The translations under genes and the position numbers were made by a program. A stretch of 64,000 nt of DNA. It comes from an uncultured Eubacteriales bacterium (lineage in GTDB: Bacteria > Bacillota > Clostridia > Lachnospirales > Lachnospiraceae). Below are positions 48,803 to 58,398 of this stretch, piece by piece. Numbering within the stretch: position 1 is the first letter of the stretch; every line of letters begins with the position of its first letter. The stretch is taken from assembly GCA_900317515.1 (NCBI GenBank), contig ONHA01000015.1, positions 2,049 to 66,048 of the forward strand, written 5' to 3'. The notes beneath the pieces were generated by a model. The model was not told where the DNA came from. It saw only the letters and a list, made by a program, of their open reading frames with translations, and did not search any database.

Positions 48803-49408
48803 TTATCTTGCTTTCCTTTTCCTGCCGCTTATTATCAGCGCTGCGATTCCTGTGACCGCAAGACACATGAGACCTGCCCAGAGCGCCGCATGACTTTTGT
48901 CGCCTGTCTGGGGCGACAGCCTTGGTGGGATCGGTACATACCTGGCCTCGCCGCAGCCGGTGCAGGTATATTTGATCTGTCCCGGTTCACCGCCCGATGC
49001 CTGCTTTACAATCACTCCGCTGTCCCACGTATGGACATGAGGAGGCGGAGCAAAGACGACTGTCAACAAGGCATTCCCCGTCAGGGCAGGTGCGGTATAC
49101 ACGCCGCCCGATACCGACTCCGTGACGTTCTCGCCGTTATAGAGGACGCTGCTTATCTTGCATCCGCTGTCAGGTGTGATCGTATAGGTGAGAACCGTAT
49201 CCGGATCCGCCTTGAAAGAGGCGTCACCCGTGTACGTGAGACCGCCTGTCGTGACCGCTCCGTGATCCCCGATGCTCAGCGTCACCGTACATGGAATGGA
49301 GGTGGTAAGGGTCATGCTCCCTTCGGCAGCATATACCGGGAGCGATAAAGCTGCAGGCAGAAGCAAAACGGCAAGGAAAGCGGAAAAGAGCCTTACAATT
49401 CTTTTCAT
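48803..49408 (-). CDS. Small sortase-anchored surface protein
   Basis: Signal peptide, Ig-like beta domain, HVHTWDSG...YTCTGCG motif, then SPQTGD + TM helix + RKRKAR tail. Confidence 0.8.
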   Translation of the reverse strand: MKRIVRLFSAFLAVLLLPAALSLPVYAAEGSMTLTTSIPCTVTLSIGDHGAVTTGGLTYTGDASFKADPDTVLTYTITPDSGCKISSVLYNGENVTESVSGGVYTAPALTGNALLTVVFAPPPHVHTWDSGVIVKQASGGEPGQIKYTCTGCGEARYVPIPPRLSPQTGDKSHAALWAGLMCLAVTGIAALIISGRKRKAR

Positions 49409-49433
49409 ATGCTTACCTCTGAGAAAGATTGCT

Positions 49434-49967
49434 CTATATTATGATCCTGAACGAGAACGTTACTGTCGCCTGATAGGTCGCGCCTGCCGTTGCGCCTGAC
49501 CAGTCGCCCACCTTGGCAAAATATTCGATATTGCTATAACCATTTTCGTCAAAATTCGGAAAAGTATTATGGTCGACACCTTTTTCATACGCAATCGGCC
49601 GGGCGTTCGACTCGTCCAAACCATTCTTTTTTACCAATTTGGGAGTATTGTAATTTTCGTAATGCTCATAAAGCTCCAGCGGAATTGTATCTGTGGAATC
49701 AGCTGTATTGATCAAGTCGTCATAAGGGGCTTTAACAGAAATCTTATTGAGCCCGGACACATCGGTGACATATACAATGCCCAGACTCTGCAGTTCCGTA
49801 TTTCCATATTCCAGCGTGTAATCGGCCGGGATATGAATGGTATACGTGGGTGCCGGGATCTCAGCCGTAAGGGTCATGCTGGCGGTCGGTTCCTCCTCTG
49901 CATAGACGGCAACGGACATGCCGAGAACCAATACAAGACTGAGCATAAGAGCGATCATTTTTTTCAT
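49434..49967 (-). CDS. Secreted hypothetical protein (WxL/pilin-like beta fold possible)
   Basis: Signal peptide ending VYA-E and a C-terminal TYQATVTFSF strand. Confidence 0.75.
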   Translation of the reverse strand: MKKMIALMLSLVLVLGMSVAVYAEEEPTASMTLTAEIPAPTYTIHIPADYTLEYGNTELQSLGIVYVTDVSGLNKISVKAPYDDLINTADSTDTIPLELYEHYENYNTPKLVKKNGLDESNARPIAYEKGVDHNTFPNFDENGYSNIEYFAKVGDWSGATAGATYQATVTFSFRIII

Positions 49968-49990
49968 CGTGTTTGTTTCCTTTCAATTAT

Positions 49991-50485
49991 TTATTTGACC
50001 TTCAGGGTCAGATTAGTTTCTACGCCGTTCAGCGGCGTCAGAGCTTCGTCCATCATGAAGCATTCATACTTCAAAACGGCGTCTTTGTACTCGCCCGCGG
50101 AAAGCGGAGTACTAAATACAACGGGACCGGATTCTTCTCCCGGGGCGATCAGTTCCGAAGTCCAGAGGAGCGTTCCGTCCTCAAGAAGCAGGCTGGCCCG
50201 GATATAACAGAAATTCTTCTCCGGGTTCGACAGACAAACCTCCTGTCTTTCGGTTCCCGCTTTAAAGCTCAGCTCCCCATAGCCGGGAAGCTCTATACTG
50301 TCGGTCAGCTTCTCTGCTGACTGAGCGGAGGAATTCGATGCATTTTGTCCCGCGCCGTCCGTTTTGTCCTTACTGCGCGTGGTAACCGGCCATATTGCAG
50401 CGGCAATCACGGCCGCCACGGCAATCAGGGCCAGTCCAACGATGAGGATATCCTTTTTCGTAAAATTCGCTTTTATCTGCCTCAC
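49991..50485 (-). CDS. Membrane-anchored exported hypothetical protein
   Basis: GTG start after GGAGGG, one N-terminal TM helix, LSNPEKNFCY...LIAPGE...LNG beta-rich domain. Confidence 0.8.
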   Translation of the reverse strand: MRQIKANFTKKDILIVGLALIAVAAVIAAAIWPVTTRSKDKTDGAGQNASNSSAQSAEKLTDSIELPGYGELSFKAGTERQEVCLSNPEKNFCYIRASLLLEDGTLLWTSELIAPGEESGPVVFSTPLSAGEYKDAVLKYECFMMDEALTPLNGVETNLTLKVK

Positions 50486-50796
50486 CCCTCCTGCTTTTTA
50501 ATAAACTTCCCAAGGCGGGGATCAAGAGGAGGTTTGGGCTGTCCTCCCGGAAGATGCGGCTTTCTGCCGTTGCCGCACGGATCATCCGTCTCCATCGGAT
50601 CCTTCGGCCCCTGAAGGACGACAGGCGTGCTGCCGCACGGATCATCGGGATTCTTCGGAAGCACCGGTCCTTCAAGCTCGTGGGGCTCATTACCGCACCA
50701 GGACGCCTGCGCCAGCTTGAGGTCCGCATCTTTTTTATCCCGGAGTTTTTCTGCCTGCGCTATGACGCGGTTTTTGGAAATTTCCTTTTCACTCAT
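50482..50796 (-). CDS. 104-aa Pro-rich protein with Cys-Gly repeats at a 20-residue period
   Basis: Strong GAGGAGGAG RBS, 18 bp after the response regulator and overlapping the next gene by 4 nt. C34, C54 and C74 are each followed by Gly. Confidence 0.75.
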   Translation of the reverse strand: MSEKEISKNRVIAQAEKLRDKKDADLKLAQASWCGNEPHELEGPVLPKNPDDPCGSTPVVLQGPKDPMETDDPCGNGRKPHLPGGQPKPPLDPRLGKFIKKQEG

Positions 50797-50814
50797 TTTC
50801 TCTCCTCCTCAAGA

Positions 50815-51471
50815 TTAGTTTTTATGATGATTGGTCCGTTCATCGTCATGGATGACCAGACCCAGCATCCGTACATTCATCGCCAGTTCGAGACGACTGG
50901 CAAAACCTGTCTTCTCCATGATATTCTGCAGATGCCGCTTTACCGTATTGACGGAAATATGCAGCTTGTCCGCAATCTCATCATTGGTGAGGCTGGCTGT
51001 CAGCTCACGCAGCACATCCAGTTCCCGTTCCGTCAGGTCGCTTCGCCTGATTCTGCCGAAGTTCACCTCCGGCGGCTCTGCCGGGTAGACCGATTCGCCT
51101 TCCGAGGTGCGGTCCATAATCTCGATCAGGCTGTGGTCGTCATACTCCTTGTACCAGAAGCTCTCCACACCGATTTCCCGGGCTTTGTCCTCCCAGCTGG
51201 TCTCCGAAGTGGATGTGGTCAGGATAATCTTAAGTTCCGGGTGCTTCTGCTTGATTAACCCGGCGGCAGTGAGCCCGTCGATTCCTTCCTGCATCATTAC
51301 ATCAAGAATTAAAAGGTCGGCTTCATGTACATCCACGTAATCGACCGCCTCCTGCGCTGTCCTGAGGGACGCGGCCAGTTCATAGCGGCCGGCGGCACGA
51401 ACATACATTTCGAAAAATCCCCGGGATATATTCTGATCGTCCGCTACGACGACTCTGATTCGGTCATTCAC
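50815..51471 (-). CDS. NarL/LuxR-family response regulator
   Basis: VVVADDQ, LLILDV phospho-Asp, conserved T and K, and HTH LTERELDVL...TVKRHLQNI. Confidence 0.93.
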   Translation of the reverse strand: MNDRIRVVVADDQNISRGFFEMYVRAAGRYELAASLRTAQEAVDYVDVHEADLLILDVMMQEGIDGLTAAGLIKQKHPELKIILTTSTSETSWEDKAREIGVESFWYKEYDDHSLIEIMDRTSEGESVYPAEPPEVNFGRIRRSDLTERELDVLRELTASLTNDEIADKLHISVNTVKRHLQNIMEKTGFASRLELAMNVRMLGLVIHDDERTNHHKN

Positions 51472-51641
51472 ATAAGCTCACCGTCCCTTCCGAAAATGCA
51501 GCGTAAAAAAAAGTATAGTTCACCCTTTCCCTCATTGATATACCATTATATCGGTCCGGGATAAGATTTCCTATCACCCATTTGTACCATTTTTGAAAAT
51601 AAAAAACGCTCCCAACCTTTCCCGGAAGGAAGCGCTGAATC

Positions 51642-52925
51642 TTATGAGTTCCCGATTGTCAGGGTCAGTGAAAATGACGGCAGATATTCTACGTGCATCT
51701 GTCCGCCCGCTGCTTCGACGCTGCGGCGCAGGGAAAGCAGACCGCCGCTCTCATCAATCGGACCCTTCGGAGGCTTGCCGTTGTTGGTGACGGTTATGAC
51801 GGTATCGGCAGCTTTTTCCGTGATTCGAACAAAAAGCCGGTCGCCCTCGGCGTGCTTGACAGCGTTGGCTGCACATTCCCGGATTGCGGCGGCAAGAAGA
51901 GAGCGCAGCTTTTCCGCCCGGGGAGGTTCGCCTTGCATCTCGACGGACACACCGATGCTGTCTGCCATATGAAACGTCTCCCGCAGCTTATCCCCGGGTT
52001 CGGTCATAGAAGCTTTGTTCTCACCCAGCAGAAAGCTGTTCATTTGCCCGGTCATCAGAGCGACCACGGCGGCGTCCGTGGTATCGGGATGCTCTATATA
52101 ATGGCGGCCCATCAGCAGCACCTGCCCCAGCTCGTTGTGGAGGGCGGTATGTGCCCCGGCCTTCTCCTGGTTCACAAACATCTCCCCGGACAGTTCCGAT
52201 GCTTTCCTCATACGGCGCTGAATCTCCTGCAGATGCTCGTTCTTTTCCCGGAGCTCCTCCGTAATACGGTACTGGCCGGTCGCATTCACCGCGCTTGTGC
52301 GCTCGTAATGCTGTCCGTCTATGGAAAGACTCTCCTCTTCGAACAGCCAGACTTCACCGCGCGGGGTATGGATGAGGTATTTGCCGCTCTGCTCCTCTTC
52401 GTTCTTCTTAATATAAGCCCGGAATGCCCGGGCATCAGACAGACGTTCGCCCGTGAGCTCACGGCACAAAGCGTCCATTTTGAGGTTCGCAAGCCGTACG
52501 GTGCCGTCCTCCGCACTGACCGAGATCCCTTCCGGGAGAAGATCGACAGCCTGCCGGATAGCCTCCGGGGTCACAGTATCTGTCTTATAACGCCTGTATT
52601 CCCGAAAATGAAACACCAGCACCGCCGCAGATAACGCCTCTAACCCCGCATAAATAACCCACGGCAGAGAAAAGACAAACCATTCTGTCTGAACCGAGTC
52701 TCTCGGTATCGTAAGAAAATTGACGTTGTCAAACCCATCCAGGATGACCACGAAAATCATAAAGCCGGCCAGAAGATGAAGCGCGGCAAACCGCAGCTGT
52801 TTTCCGCTCTTTTTCTCCTGAAGGGAAATCAGGAAAGCGGCTGTCTGGCCGATCACAAGGAAGAGAGCAGTCACGAGGAGGATCAATGCCCATGGTCTGT
52901 CAAGAATACTGTACAGCGGCCTCAT
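51642..52925 (-). CDS. HisKA_3-type sensor histidine kinase (3 TM + PAS-like + HATPase)
   Basis: ALHNELGQVL H-box, ECAANAVKHA N-box, TNNG and GGLLSLRRSVEAAGG G-boxes. Confidence 0.8.
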   Translation of the reverse strand: MRPLYSILDRPWALILLVTALFLVIGQTAAFLISLQEKKSGKQLRFAALHLLAGFMIFVVILDGFDNVNFLTIPRDSVQTEWFVFSLPWVIYAGLEALSAAVLVFHFREYRRYKTDTVTPEAIRQAVDLLPEGISVSAEDGTVRLANLKMDALCRELTGERLSDARAFRAYIKKNEEEQSGKYLIHTPRGEVWLFEEESLSIDGQHYERTSAVNATGQYRITEELREKNEHLQEIQRRMRKASELSGEMFVNQEKAGAHTALHNELGQVLLMGRHYIEHPDTTDAAVVALMTGQMNSFLLGENKASMTEPGDKLRETFHMADSIGVSVEMQGEPPRAEKLRSLLAAAIRECAANAVKHAEGDRLFVRITEKAADTVITVTNNGKPPKGPIDESGGLLSLRRSVEAAGGQMHVEYLPSFSLTLTIGNS

Positions 52926-54556
52926 CTTCCGCCACCTCCTTCCGCACGAACGGTCAGGAAGAAGCAGCCGTCGCTCTCCCTCAACTCCACCGGAAGCGCG
53001 GTCGCGGGCAAAGCAGGGCTCCTCGCTGCCTCCACGGCAAGCCGGACACCGCCTTTGGACAGCGATACGGTCATCCTGCGCATATACGGCAGGAAGGCTT
53101 CAATCAATGTTTCAAAACTGTCGTAGAGCGCATGAACGGAATCAAGCGGAAAACCGGAGTATTCTTCTCCCGTAGCCGCCGCATCAATTCCGCAGCATTT
53201 AAGGAAACGTGCAGACTCCTGCAGCGCAAGAAAAAGCTCACGGTTAGGCTGCGGGAGACTTTCCTCGGAAAGCAGCATCAGATTGCTCTTTCGTTTGCAG
53301 TAAGCGTTCAGTACGCAGCACACGGCCAGTACGGAGGGAAAGTTTTCCGACTCCGGAGACGTACTCTTCAGCAGCGACTCGATCTCTTTCTGTTTCGGGT
53401 AGAGCGCTGCCGCAATACGGTCATAAACCTGGTTCTGCGCGTCCAGATGAGCCTTCTTCGCCTTCAGCTCGTTCTCCAAGGCGATCAGGTCATTTTCCTC
53501 GCTTAAGAGTTCATTGGCCGAGGCAAGGCGCCTGCTCTCCTGATGGAGCCCGCTCTCATCTTCTGTCCAGAAGGCATAGCCGGGATGTATTTTCATTCCC
53601 AGAAGCTTTGTGTCTTCATTTAGATATACCGGCCCCCGTGCAGCTGCTGAAAGCTGCCCGGAGCCTGCGGCGACCGGCAGGTTGGTCTCGTAAACCGTCG
53701 TAAAGTCTTCGTCCGTTATGAGAACCGGCAGTCCCAGATTGGAAAAGAAGCTGATGTAATTCTCATTATACGGAATAAACCGGTTTCGGATACAGACCTC
53801 AAAAGAGCCCAACATGCCAAAAACCTGTATTTCCGGAAAATGGTACATGCGGACCAGATCAAGAGGTGTAAATACCAGTCTGTTGAGGAGGCTTAAGCCT
53901 GCCCAGATAAATGCGACCCCGGCGAACCATAATAATCCCCGAATATTCTGCCTGTATGTTTTACGGATCAGTATCACAAAGCCGGTCATCATCGTTATCA
54001 CGATCCAGCCGTACATCAGATAAAACAGCGGACCGTAGGTATAAGTGCCGACGATGCTGTGAAACTCCGAAAGCGGAATGAGCCGGTGATAGAACAACTG
54101 ATGCAGGTCGTTCATCATGATAAGGAGCAGCAAGGTGCAGGCGGAAAAGAGGAGCAGGCGTTCCTTCCCCTTCCCTTCGCCCTCCTCACCTCTGCTGATC
54201 CGGATGCAGGTCATAAGAAAAAGTGTCGGGACCAGGATCATCGGGATATTGTATGCATAATCGGCATAGCGCCTGATCACCACTTCCGTCAAAATGCGGA
54301 ATCTCAGGACCCGGACAAGAAGGTAGAAGATCATCAGGATGGCAGACGCTAAGATGTAGCCCCGGGCTTTGGTCGGCAGGAGCCTCTCCCGGACGGCCTG
54401 CATCCAGAAGATCAGCAGTCCGATGTAGATCATGAAGTTCGCGCTGAACATGAAGGTGTCTAAGATGGAGATGTGCGTTCTGGTCAGCATGTTGGTGATT
54501 CCCCCGAGAAGGAGGAAGCCGAAAAACAGCCTGGTGCTTCTCATCTGTTTTTTCAT
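52922..54556 (-). CDS. 7TM sensor with a degenerate kinase-like C-terminus (pseudokinase)
   Basis: About 7 hydrophobic helices, a PAS-like segment and a coiled coil. No H, N or G boxes. 4-nt overlap with the kinase gene. Confidence 0.7.
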   Translation of the reverse strand: MKKQMRSTRLFFGFLLLGGITNMLTRTHISILDTFMFSANFMIYIGLLIFWMQAVRERLLPTKARGYILASAILMIFYLLVRVLRFRILTEVVIRRYADYAYNIPMILVPTLFLMTCIRISRGEEGEGKGKERLLLFSACTLLLLIMMNDLHQLFYHRLIPLSEFHSIVGTYTYGPLFYLMYGWIVITMMTGFVILIRKTYRQNIRGLLWFAGVAFIWAGLSLLNRLVFTPLDLVRMYHFPEIQVFGMLGSFEVCIRNRFIPYNENYISFFSNLGLPVLITDEDFTTVYETNLPVAAGSGQLSAAARGPVYLNEDTKLLGMKIHPGYAFWTEDESGLHQESRRLASANELLSEENDLIALENELKAKKAHLDAQNQVYDRIAAALYPKQKEIESLLKSTSPESENFPSVLAVCCVLNAYCKRKSNLMLLSEESLPQPNRELFLALQESARFLKCCGIDAAATGEEYSGFPLDSVHALYDSFETLIEAFLPYMRRMTVSLSKGGVRLAVEAARSPALPATALPVELRESDGCFFLTVRAEGGGGR

Positions 54557-54568
54557 AACTGCCCTTCT

Positions 54569-55360
54569 TTAAATGCGGATCTTCCGCATCACGCTCCCGA
54601 TGCTCTCGTGAAAGACCAGATCCGCCCTGCCTTCAAGCCTCGTCGGCCCCTTGTTGATGATCACCAGGTATTTCCCGTGGTACATGTGCGCGAGCTGGGC
54701 CGCCGAACCCACCTCAAGCGAGGTCCCGCCGATGATGAGGCAGTCCGCGTAGCGGATCCAGGCGGCCGCCTGCTCGTACTCGTTCGTGGGGAGAAACTCC
54801 CCGTACAGCGTGACGTCCGGCCGTACAACGCCGCCGCACTCCGGGCAGTGCGGGATGGGCTCTTCATTTTCGAAAATGAAATTCTCCCCGTACTCCCGCC
54901 TGCACTTCGTACAGTAACTCCGCAGCACGCTTCCGTGGATCTCCGCCACGCGGCGGCTCCCGGCTTTCTGGTGCAGCCCGTCGATGTTCTGCGTGATGAC
55001 CCCGTCGAGCCTGCCGGCCTTCTCCATCTCCGCAAGTTTCTCGTGAGCCGCGTTCGGCATAGCGCCTCTGCTGTCCAGGTTCTTGCGCATATAGGAGAAG
55101 AACACTTCAGGCTCCCGCTCGAGGCAGTCGATGCTAAGGAGATATTCCGGTTTGTATTTTTTGAAGGCCTTATCCCTCTTTTTGTAGAGCCCGTTTTTCC
55201 CGCGGAAATCCGGGATCCCGCTCTCCGTGGAGACGCCCGCGCCGCCTAAAAACACGATGTGCTCCGACTCCTTCAGGATACGGTTCAGGGCGTCATATTT
55301 CTCCTCGCCCTCTAGCGAATGAAAACACTTCTGTTTCTCCCTCTCGGAAATGAATTTCAC
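54569..55360 (-). CDS. cobB: NAD-dependent protein deacylase (sirtuin)
   Basis: GAGVSTESGIPDFR, TQNIDGLH, EIHGS, CxxC/CxxC and GTSL motifs. Confidence 0.93.
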   Translation of the reverse strand: MKFISEREKQKCFHSLEGEEKYDALNRILKESEHIVFLGGAGVSTESGIPDFRGKNGLYKKRDKAFKKYKPEYLLSIDCLEREPEVFFSYMRKNLDSRGAMPNAAHEKLAEMEKAGRLDGVITQNIDGLHQKAGSRRVAEIHGSVLRSYCTKCRREYGENFIFENEEPIPHCPECGGVVRPDVTLYGEFLPTNEYEQAAAWIRYADCLIIGGTSLEVGSAAQLAHMYHGKYLVIINKGPTRLEGRADLVFHESIGSVMRKIRI

Positions 55361-57846
55361 AGATACCTCCCTGTCACGCTCTCCTCATTCTCCTTGATCT
55401 CCTCCGGCGTCCCCACCGCGACAACTCTGCCGCCCAGCACGCCTCCGCCCGGTCCCATATCGACGATATAGTCCGCATTTTTGATCACGTCGAGATCGTG
55501 CTCGATCACGATGACGGTCGCCCCCATATCGATGAGGCTCTGAAAGACCTTGAGCAGCGTCTCCACATCCAGCGGATGCAGGCCGATCGTCGGCTCATCG
55601 AAGACAAACACCGAGTCCGCCTGGCCTCGTCCCATCTCGCTCGCAAGCTTGAGCCTCTGGGCCTCCCCGCCCGAAAGACTCGGCGTCTCCTCGCCGAGCG
55701 TCAGGTACCCAAGTCCCAGATCATGCAGTACCTGAAGTCTTCTCGCGACCACCGGCAGGTCCGCGCAGGCATCAAGAGCCTCGTCCACACTCATGTCCAT
55801 GAGTTCCGGCAGCGTATAGCCGCTCTCCGCCTTCTTCGGGATCCTCCGGATAAGGCTCGCCTCCTTCGCGTACCGCGAACCGCCGCACTCAGGGCACGGA
55901 ATGTCCACATCCGGCAGGAACTGCACATCGAGGCTGATCGTTCCCGTGCCGTCGCAGACCGGACACCGAAGCTTCCCGGTGTTGTAGGAGAAATCCCCCG
56001 CTTTAAGCCCTCTCTTCTTCGCGTCGCCGCTTCTCGCGTAGACCTTCCTCAGCTCATCGTGCACATCCGCGTAGGTCGCCACCGTGGAGCGCACGTTGAT
56101 TCCGATCGGCGTCGCGTCGATCAGCTTCACCTGCCGGATCCCCTCCGCGTTGATCGCCTTCACATGCTCCGGCAGCGTTTTCCCGTGAATCTGTGCCGCA
56201 AGTCCCGGAATAAGGCTCTCGAGGATCATGGTGGTCTTGCCCGACCCGGAAACTCCGGTCACCGCGATGAGCCTCCCTTTCGGGAACTGCACCGCAAGAG
56301 GCTTCACCGTATGAATCTCGCCGGTCTCAAGGCTGATCGTCCCGAGCGCGAACATCTCCTCCCGCGGAACATGCCGGCTGAGGTCGATAACGCTCTTCCC
56401 GGACAGGAACCCGCCGATGCGGGAGTCCGGATTCTTCTCTATATCGGAAATGCACCCCTCCGCAAGCACCCTGCCTCCCTTAGCGCCCGCCTCGGGCCCC
56501 ATCTCGATGAGCCAGTCCGCTTCCTTCAGGACATTCGTATCATGATCGACCATCACCACCGTGTTGCCGTCCGCCAGCAGGTCCTGCATGACGCCGGTCA
56601 GTCCCTCCATGTTGGCCGGATGGAGCCCGATCGAGGGCTCGTCCAGCACATAGAGAACGCCTGTCGTGCGGTTTCGGACCGCCCGGGCGAGCTGCATGCG
56701 CTGCCGCTCACCGGTGGAGAGCGTCGACGCGGCCCGGTCGAGTGTCAGATAGGTGAGTCCGAGATTCACAAGACGCTTCGCCGCCCCCTTAAAGGAGGCA
56801 CAGATGCTCTCCGCCATCGGCCGCATCTCCTCCGGCAGGGAGGCCGGCACGCCGTCCACCCACGTGATGAGCTCCGCGAGGGTCATCTTACAGGCGTCCG
56901 CCAGCGAGATTCCGCGCAGTCTCGGGGCTCTCGCGGCATCCGACAGCCTGGTTCCTCCGCAGTCCGGGCAGACCTCCTGCCGAAGGAACTTCTCCACCCG
57001 CTTCATGCCCTTCTCGTCCTTCACTTTGGAGAGGGCATTTTCCACGGTGTAGGTCGCGTTGAAATACGTGAAATCCATGTCTCCCACCGCGCCGCTCGTC
57101 TTGTTCTGGTAGATGATATTCTTCTTGACCGCAGGTCCGTGGAAGACGATCTCCCGCTCTTCCGGGGTCAGGTCCTTGAAGGGCACATTTGTCCGCACGC
57201 CCATCTCCCGGGCGATATCCTTCATCAGCGACCACATGAGGGTCTGCCAGGGCGCAACCGCCCCCTCGTCGATCGTGAGGTTCTCGTCCGGCACCAGTGT
57301 CGACTCGTCCACCGTCCGGACGATGCCCGTTCCGTCGCAGCGCTTGCAGGCTCCCTGGCTGTTGAAGGCCAGCTCTTCCGCACCCGGTCCGAAAAATGAC
57401 TCCCCGCAAACCGGACACACGATCGGCCGCTCGGCCGCCACGTTCATCGACGGCGGCGCATAGTGCCCGTTCGGGCACCTGTGGCTCGAAAGTCTCGAAA
57501 ACATGAGCCTCAAGATATTTAAGAGCTCCGTGCCGGTTCCGAAGGTGCTGCGGATTCCCGGAACCCCCGGCCGCTGCCGGAGCGCCAGCGCCGCCGGCAC
57601 ATATAAGACGTCGTCCACCTGGGCCTTCTCCGCCTGGGTCATGCGCCGCCTCGTGTAGGTGGAGAGCGACTCAAGATAGCGCCTTGACCCCTCCGCGTAC
57701 AGAATTCCCAGCGCCAGGGAGGATTTTCCCGAACCGGACACGCCGGCGATGCCGACGATCTTATGAAGCGGTATATCCACATCAATATTTTTTAGGTTAT
57801 GTACTCTTCCGCCGCGCACTTCAATGCGGTCCGGTGTTTTCATCAT
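55357..57846 (-). CDS. Class II UvrA-like (UvrA2/DrrC-like) ABC ATPase
   Basis: Two Walker A motifs (GVSGSGKS, GVSGSGKT), LSTGERQR and LSGGEAQRLKLA; shorter than canonical UvrA at 829 aa. Confidence 0.9.
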   Translation of the reverse strand: MMKTPDRIEVRGGRVHNLKNIDVDIPLHKIVGIAGVSGSGKSSLALGILYAEGSRRYLESLSTYTRRRMTQAEKAQVDDVLYVPAALALRQRPGVPGIRSTFGTGTELLNILRLMFSRLSSHRCPNGHYAPPSMNVAAERPIVCPVCGESFFGPGAEELAFNSQGACKRCDGTGIVRTVDESTLVPDENLTIDEGAVAPWQTLMWSLMKDIAREMGVRTNVPFKDLTPEEREIVFHGPAVKKNIIYQNKTSGAVGDMDFTYFNATYTVENALSKVKDEKGMKRVEKFLRQEVCPDCGGTRLSDAARAPRLRGISLADACKMTLAELITWVDGVPASLPEEMRPMAESICASFKGAAKRLVNLGLTYLTLDRAASTLSTGERQRMQLARAVRNRTTGVLYVLDEPSIGLHPANMEGLTGVMQDLLADGNTVVMVDHDTNVLKEADWLIEMGPEAGAKGGRVLAEGCISDIEKNPDSRIGGFLSGKSVIDLSRHVPREEMFALGTISLETGEIHTVKPLAVQFPKGRLIAVTGVSGSGKTTMILESLIPGLAAQIHGKTLPEHVKAINAEGIRQVKLIDATPIGINVRSTVATYADVHDELRKVYARSGDAKKRGLKAGDFSYNTGKLRCPVCDGTGTISLDVQFLPDVDIPCPECGGSRYAKEASLIRRIPKKAESGYTLPELMDMSVDEALDACADLPVVARRLQVLHDLGLGYLTLGEETPSLSGGEAQRLKLASEMGRGQADSVFVFDEPTIGLHPLDVETLLKVFQSLIDMGATVIVIEHDLDVIKNADYIVDMGPGGGVLGGRVVAVGTPEEIKENEESVTGRYL

Positions 57847-57938
57847 ATGTCCAGCTCCCTTATCATGTATTTCACCTTGCAGTTACCGGGAATCTACCTT
57901 ACAATAATATCTTAGCAAATCCAGGAAAGGACCACCCC

Positions 57939-58397
57939 ATGAACGAAACCGATTACACGCTTCTTCTCGCACAGGCCAAATCCCTCACGGAAGATGTCCC
58001 TCATTTCATCGCAAACCTCGCCAACATCGCCGCCCTGATCTACAACACCCTTCCGGATATCAACTGGGCCGGCTTCTACCTCGCCGAGGAAAATGAACTC
58101 ATCCTCGGCCCCTTTCAGGGCAAGCCCGCCTGCGTCGTCATCCCCTGGGGCAGGGGCGTCTGCGGGACTGCCGCGGCCAGGGATGAGACCCAGCTCGTCC
58201 CGAATGTCCATGAATTCAGCGGCCACATCGCCTGCGACAGCGCCTCAAACTCCGAGATCGTTATCCCGCTGCACAAAAACGGCAGGGTCGTCGGCGTCCT
58301 CGACATCGACAGCCCTTCATTTTCCCGCTTTTCGGAAAATGACAAAAACGGCCTCGAAGCTCTTGCGTCATTCCTCGAGGCCGTCGTGTTCTCGTGA
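57939..58397 (+). CDS. msrC: GAF-domain protein, free methionine-R-sulfoxide reductase type
   Basis: NWAGFY, LGPFQGKPAC, GVCG, HIACDSASNSEIV and DIDS motifs. Confidence 0.88.
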   Translation: MNETDYTLLLAQAKSLTEDVPHFIANLANIAALIYNTLPDINWAGFYLAEENELILGPFQGKPACVVIPWGRGVCGTAAARDETQLVPNVHEFSGHIACDSASNSEIVIPLHKNGRVVGVLDIDSPSFSRFSENDKNGLEALASFLEAVVFS

Positions 58398-58398
58398 T

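Noticed and set aside
55498-57399. 633-aa plus-strand ORF
   Set aside because: Antisense shadow of the UvrA-like gene.
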